Part shown: positions 57,655 to 64,000 of the stretch, piece by piece
How positions within the stretch are numbered: the stretch's first letter is position 1
Layout: every line of letters begins with the position of its first letter
DNA from: the human T2T-CHM13v2.0 reference genome, Homo sapiens
Direction: 5' to 3' (one strand)
Assembly: GCF_009914755.1 (NCBI RefSeq)
Contig: NC_060945.1
DNA length: 64,000 nt
Notes under the pieces: generated by a model
Seen by the model: the letters and a program-made list of their open reading frames with translations, nothing else
Told to the model about the DNA's origin: nothing
Database searches by the model: none
Program-made: the position numbers and the translations under genes

Positions 57655-59844
57655 GGGAATTTCCACTTTTTACTGCCTTGTTATAGTACATTACCTGAAG
57701 TTACCACTATGACAGAAGGGCATACAATGATCTTGACACCTGAAATACCCATGCTGTCCAAGATGATGTCAGAGAAACTAATGGGGATGGCAGTGCCCCC
57801 AAAGAGTTCTGTAATAAAATGGAAATGATTTATAAAGGATTGTGCTATGTGGGGAATATGGAGAAAATACTCACAAGCTGACAACATTTTTCCCTCTGGG
57901 ACTGACTCTGGAACTATGTGAGGAGCTGCTGGATCTTACAGTGCTCTCAAGTGACTGGCAAACAATGTTATGGTTTATGCATGCCAGTTCTAAAGCAAAT
58001 AATGACATCCCATCTGGAAGTCTGCTACGCTTTTGAAAGAAGGTAAAAACAAATCACCTCGGTGGGCTGAATTACATCTTGTCTTCTAACAGCAATGGAA
58101 GTACTGAACAGTGGTAGAAGTCCCTGGATTTGGGTTTCTATTAACTCATGGGCATTGGCCAATGGCCTGGCCCATAGCAACAAAGGCAATGCACACTGGA
58201 CCTATTAAAGAGATATCCATACACAGCCTTATGGAAATTTGAGGGATGCTATAAAGTGAAACATGTCAATGCTTATCAGAAGAGCCCCTTTCTAGGTTTG
58301 GAAGGTGACTGGAATTGACAAAACAGATATCCCCATATGCTTCCTTGAACTGGTCACCTGGGTCCAAGGAATGGGTAGATATGAGGATACCGCAGCAGTG
58401 AAGAGGTAAGCTGAGTCTAGACATGTTTCTCTTATACCCTCCCAGGCACAAAACACCCTTAAGAACTATCCTGTCTGCCAGCAACAGAAACAGAGACCGC
58501 CGATGGCTAGGGAGCATATTCTCTGTTGGGAAGGCTCAGAACGTAGCTGGTAAGCGAGACTGATGCTGGTAGCCCTGAGTATCTACAAATGGGTATTGAC
58601 AGTAATAGACACTGAGTCTAGAGTGGGCTTTGCTTAACCAGTGGAAGATGCAAATGCTCAGAGTGCCAAAACAACAACAACAACAAAACAACAAAACAAC
58701 AGCAACAACAAACAGAAGATGGTGCCTGGATTTGGGTGGCTATCATTTCTTCAGTCCACGGAACACACTGTACAGCCCACAGTGTCCAATAACGTGCAGA
58801 GAGAGACATCCTCCTCAGGTCAATAGTTTGCTAGAGAAGTAGATTGGGAATTAAAACACTGGGGGACATAAAAGCACAAAGGGCTGTTTTACATGCCTTC
58901 ATGAGTGTGTGCTCACATTCAACATGACTGGGACTAAAGGAGTGTCCTGCTAGATTTTTCTCTGTTTTTCTGTTTGATCTGGGGAAGAGAAGATGAGCAG
59001 GATGCCGGTATGACTGAAATTCTTGCCAAGGGAGAAGTACACTGGTATAACTAACATTATTTTTTCTTTCTTTCCCTAATACCCTCAGATTTAGTTTTTC
59101 TCTACTGCCTGATGCATGGTCTTAAGACCAGGGCTACAACTACAAGTGCTGAAAGCAAGGATGATTTCTAAGCAAGAAACTGAAGCTACGTTTTTAAACC
59201 TTGTGCCAGAATTCCTAAGGGCCTGATTGGGTGGGTGGTACTTTCATCTCATCTAGCAAGTTTGGGGGCTAAGAGTGCATGCAACTATATTGCCTGGTGG
59301 TAAAAATAGCTCGCTAGTTCTGCACCTATGTAACTTTACCCTATTTAAATTGAAGTGGACTGATAAGGAGGTACTTGCTAGACTAGTGTTGCTGCCTGCA
59401 ATCTAGATCAGCACAAGGGTAATTCTAATGACTCTTCCAGAGGTGAAAATATTTGAATATTAATTATGAGAAGGAAAAAGAGTAGCTGAGAATAAAATAA
59501 TAAATGGGTATTAAATTGAGGCAAACACATTACATTAATACCTTGAAAGAGGCTCTGAGCAAGAAATGGCATTGTCTTTTAGCTAAATTATAATAGATAA
59601 CTAAAACGGTGAAGCCGAATGTTTTCCAAGACCATTCCTGCTTTTGGAACCTGACAAGATTGAACGAAAGCCTGCAAACCTGAGTGGTCTCACCTTGGGA
59701 GACAATAATGTAATGTGATGAACTGCACTAATTATTAATGACTTAATGAGATTCTAGTAATAATGGCAATATCTACTGAGTTATATGTCCTTTTAAAGTA
59801 AGAGATCTGGGTTAGAAGAATAAGGATGGACTGTCATATTCTGA

Positions 59845-60194
<350 letters not shown>

Positions 60195-60335
60195 CTGAAA
60201 TTTGTATTCTGTCTTCATCCCAGTTTCCTGGCATGCAACTCCTAAAATACTTAATATCTTCAGAAGTAAAAAAGGGAAAACTTTAATGAAATCCTATAAA
60301 CAACATAATGGATAGTTTTATTTACAATTTTTACC

Positions 60336-60482
60336 ATTATTATTATTATTTTTCTTCATCCAGGGTAGAGTGCAGTGGTGCCATCTTGGCTCACTGCAAC
60401 CTTTTGTCTCCTGGGTTCAAGGGATCCTCCCATGTCAGCCCCCTGAGTAGCTGGGACGACAAGTACACACCATTCCCAGTTA

Positions 60483-60516
<34 letters not shown>

Positions 60517-60637
60517 GGTAGAGATGGGGTTTAGCTGTTTTGCCCAGGCTTGTCTTGAACTCCTAGGCTCAAAAGACCCACCCACCTCAGGCCCCCAAAG
60601 TGCTGGAATTTACAGACATTAGCCACCACACTCGGCC
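60336..60637 (-). mobile_element. AluJ-type with (TTA)n in its linker
   Basis: Diverged reverse Alu; TSD caatttttacc. Confidence 0.88.
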
Positions 60638-62498
60638 CAATTTTTACCGCTCTTGAATTTCTCAGTGATCTAAGGATACACAACCAGAATCTTCACAGTC
60701 ATTTGAAGGTATAAAGGTCACATGAGAGGCCAGTTTTAGATGCATAAATCTATAGATCTTCTTGCTAAATACAGAACCTAAGGAAATTATTTCCATTTCT
60801 TCTGGGGCCCACCCAAATCGAAAAGAGTACTACTAAAAGCCAACACTCTGGGCAAAAATAATTTCTACCCAACATTCCTACTTGTTCTGCATGTTAACAA
60901 TGGGTTTTCTTTGCAATTAGCATACCACTTTGAATTAAAATTCTGGCAGCCAAATATTTTTGAAAGTATCCCCAAAGTACTGCTACTCAAAGGGATCGCT
61001 ACATTGTTATTCCAGAAACACGTTTTACTAATGATGAAGGATTTGTCTTTGCAAACTCCTATAGTCTGAACTGGTTCAGCAGACTCAGTGGTTAAACAGA
61101 CGCATTATCTTCGTGAATTTGCGTCCACTGCAGCACACTTTTTTGGACAATTTTAATTACTGATAAATGAAATTAGCAACTCCAATGATGATTTATTTTT
61201 GGTGTTTAAAAAGTTACAATTTGATATCAATAAAGCAGTGAAAATCTAGCAGAGATACAAACATCTAAATTAATGATTTTCTATCTATTTTATAACTGTG
61301 TCGCCATAGCTATCTACTGGTAATATAATACAATATCATGAAAATAACAGTTGTGCAAATCATAACTGTCGGGTAAAATCAGCATTAAGATTTTGACACT
61401 GTAGGCAGTTAGGTCTGTTAGGGGTAATGAAAATTCAATTTCCAATAACAAATATAAGTAAGCAGATTGCATGTCATGGGATTATGCAAAGATATCTTTT
61501 TGCTCAACTTGAAACATGAGGCTGTAAAAGGCACTCTAAAATTATACTAGAATATGTTTAACTGCAAGAGACAGTAACATAATAAACATCTAAAGCTTGA
61601 AAGATTGTTGTGAAATGTAACACATTTTTTGACTTAGTATAATTATCAAAGGTTTTTCCTTATCCAAAAATGTTTCTTTTTTAACACATCATTTAAATTT
61701 ATATTAATCCACTACTATCTATGGCTGTCTTGAGAAAATACAAAATTTTAAATTCTTCTGAAACAGAAGATGTATGCAAGAAATACTCACAATATATGTA
61801 TACTAACCAAAGCAATCTAGTGTTCAGACAATATTAATCATAGATTCTTAAAGAAATATCAGAGAGCACTCAATGCAACATATACTGAGTATAGTGAGAA
61901 TGGCCTCTGCTATATAATTAAAAGCATTTTCTCACAGGATAACCCTTCTCAATTCATAATATTTATCGTTATTGAAAAAATAAAACAAAAAATGGTTTCT
62001 ACCTTCAGCAGAAAATTGGTTTAACATAACAACTTTCTCTCCATGGTCCTCCTAAGGCCCCCAGAATGTGTAGAGTAAAATTTGTTTTAACTCACAGGGA
62101 AGCCCTTTAATTACATTAAAATATGTTAATAATTGTAGTTTTCATATTGTTTTTTACACTTTTTAAAGTTCCATGTTATTTCATTTTAGTAGATCTAATG
62201 AGAAGGGCCTTAGATCTCTCATCTCCGGGCTGTTATCTCTGGCAATATACCATTTTACAAAGTATCCTCATAAATAAATACATAGTCAAGATATGATTCC
62301 AGAAACAGAACTTCAATTGTTGTGATTACTAGCCTTCCATTATCCAGGTTAGAGTGCATTGACTTTATGGTTACCATTATATTTGTACACTGATGAATAT
62401 TGCAAAAGCTAAAAACTTGCTAGCCAATAGTGTACAGCACATTTAGACCAAAAAATGGGACCTAATCTTAATCTATACTGCATGTTTCATTTCTTGGC

Positions 62499-62736
<238 letters not shown>

Positions 62737-63803
62737 TAGAAGCTTTTCTCATAAGAGATGTTCAAGAAATGCTGTTTGATTATTTATTTTCATGTTTAGT
62801 ACATTAATCACTTAGGTTTTTTTCTACTTGTTATTTTAAAATGGGTAGTAATAGGAATTATTCTTGGACAGGTTAGATTTGGTGAACCTCCAATAATACC
62901 CAGTGAATAATTGAATACTATGCATGTAATTAAGGCTGAAACTAATACTGTTGATAAGTAATTAAAATTTTCCCAACATCATATAGAAATTCAATATTAA
63001 GGAAGAGGGTAGAAAAATTATGCTATTAGAGGATTTTTAAAGGGTTATTGCTTGCACTATTTCAAAGAAATTCTGATACTTTTGGTTATTAAATTTTTTA
63101 CATATAATAATTAGATGTAAAGCATAGAGATAATATGTCTGTTTTCCTGCTAGAGCAATTTGCATTATTGAGAAAAAGGGAGTAAATATCTGCAGAAATT
63201 TATTAAGGCTGAATTTAGTTTTGAACTAACAAAAACAAGAACAATAAGGTCTCCCAGTATTACCAAATAAGATATTTTTGGGGGAAGGTCTATTTTCCAG
63301 AATAAGAAAAACCTCTGTGTGTTGCAAGCAAATTAAAGAAAAACTTTCAGGACTGGTTCTTTTATCAATGTTTTTCTTCAATCATGCCCTCTTTAAAAAG
63401 GCCATTCTTACAAATGAGATCCTCATTGTCTATTTGTCATGTAAACAGGTGGGTCAAGATGTGCTGACATTAATTGAAAATAAATGTCCATACCTTCTTT
63501 CCTGAAATATATTTATATGTTGTCATTTTCCCAGAATAGTAACCTTAATCATTGCCAACAGGAAATACTCAACAGCTAATTTCATAAAACATATTCAACT
63601 TAAGCAGTAACTTTTTTAAGCAGTGTTCTTTTTTAAACACTGTCATTTCTAGATTTATTCATCATTCTTATTTATTGTAAAAGTCAAGGTGCACTACAGC
63701 AATTTAATGTACACCATTAGAAGATAAGAAAATTAGGATATGATCTAAATGTGTCAGACTATGTGAACATTACACCACAAATTATCAGGTATAGTTACAG
63801 CAA

Positions 63804-63850
63804 AATGTGACTGCGTTCAATGTGACCGCATTCAATTTGACCACATTCAA
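63804..63850. repeat. 15-bp minisatellite, 3 copies
   Basis: aatgtgactgcgttc aatgtgaccgcattc aatttgaccacattc aa. Confidence 0.85.
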
Positions 63851-64000
63851 AATCATATATTTAAATTTAGGATTTGGTAAATGATTTATTAGTTGTGCTC
63901 ATGAGATAATATGAGCTTAATAAATATAAAATGTAGATGACTTGAATAATTGGCTGAATGAGAATTCCCTTCACCAAAAAGGGCAACACAGTAAGAGAGT

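Overview
AT-rich, repeat-dense primate genomic DNA, most likely human or another great ape (AluY, L1PA2/3-type L1, THE1, MLT2A/HERVL). It looks like gene desert or deep intron. I see no cellular protein-coding exon, RNA gene, CpG island or CRISPR array. Every ORF I can identify derives from L1 ORF1/ORF2, Alu, MaLR/ERV or low-complexity sequence, and the rest are short with no recognisable homology. The window holds about 18 Alus, young and old L1s, a full-length THE1, many solo LTRs and a decayed MER21/ERVL-class provirus with nested insertions. I found no convincing new biological system. The most unusual structures are: (1) a ~350-bp AT-rich, palindrome-rich insertion between perfect 57-bp direct repeats at 44.07-44.48 kb, resembling a template-switch scar; (2) a decayed palindrome resembling ancient amniote repeats at 24.34-24.41 kb, in a repeat-poor tract; (3) an MLT2A-HERVL/THE1 chimera joined at a microhomology; (4) a twin-primed, 5'-inverted L1; (5) an LTR1 solo LTR inside an Alu. 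Repeat subfamily names come from remembered consensus sequences and need RepeatMasker/Dfam confirmation. Boundaries of old elements are approximate.
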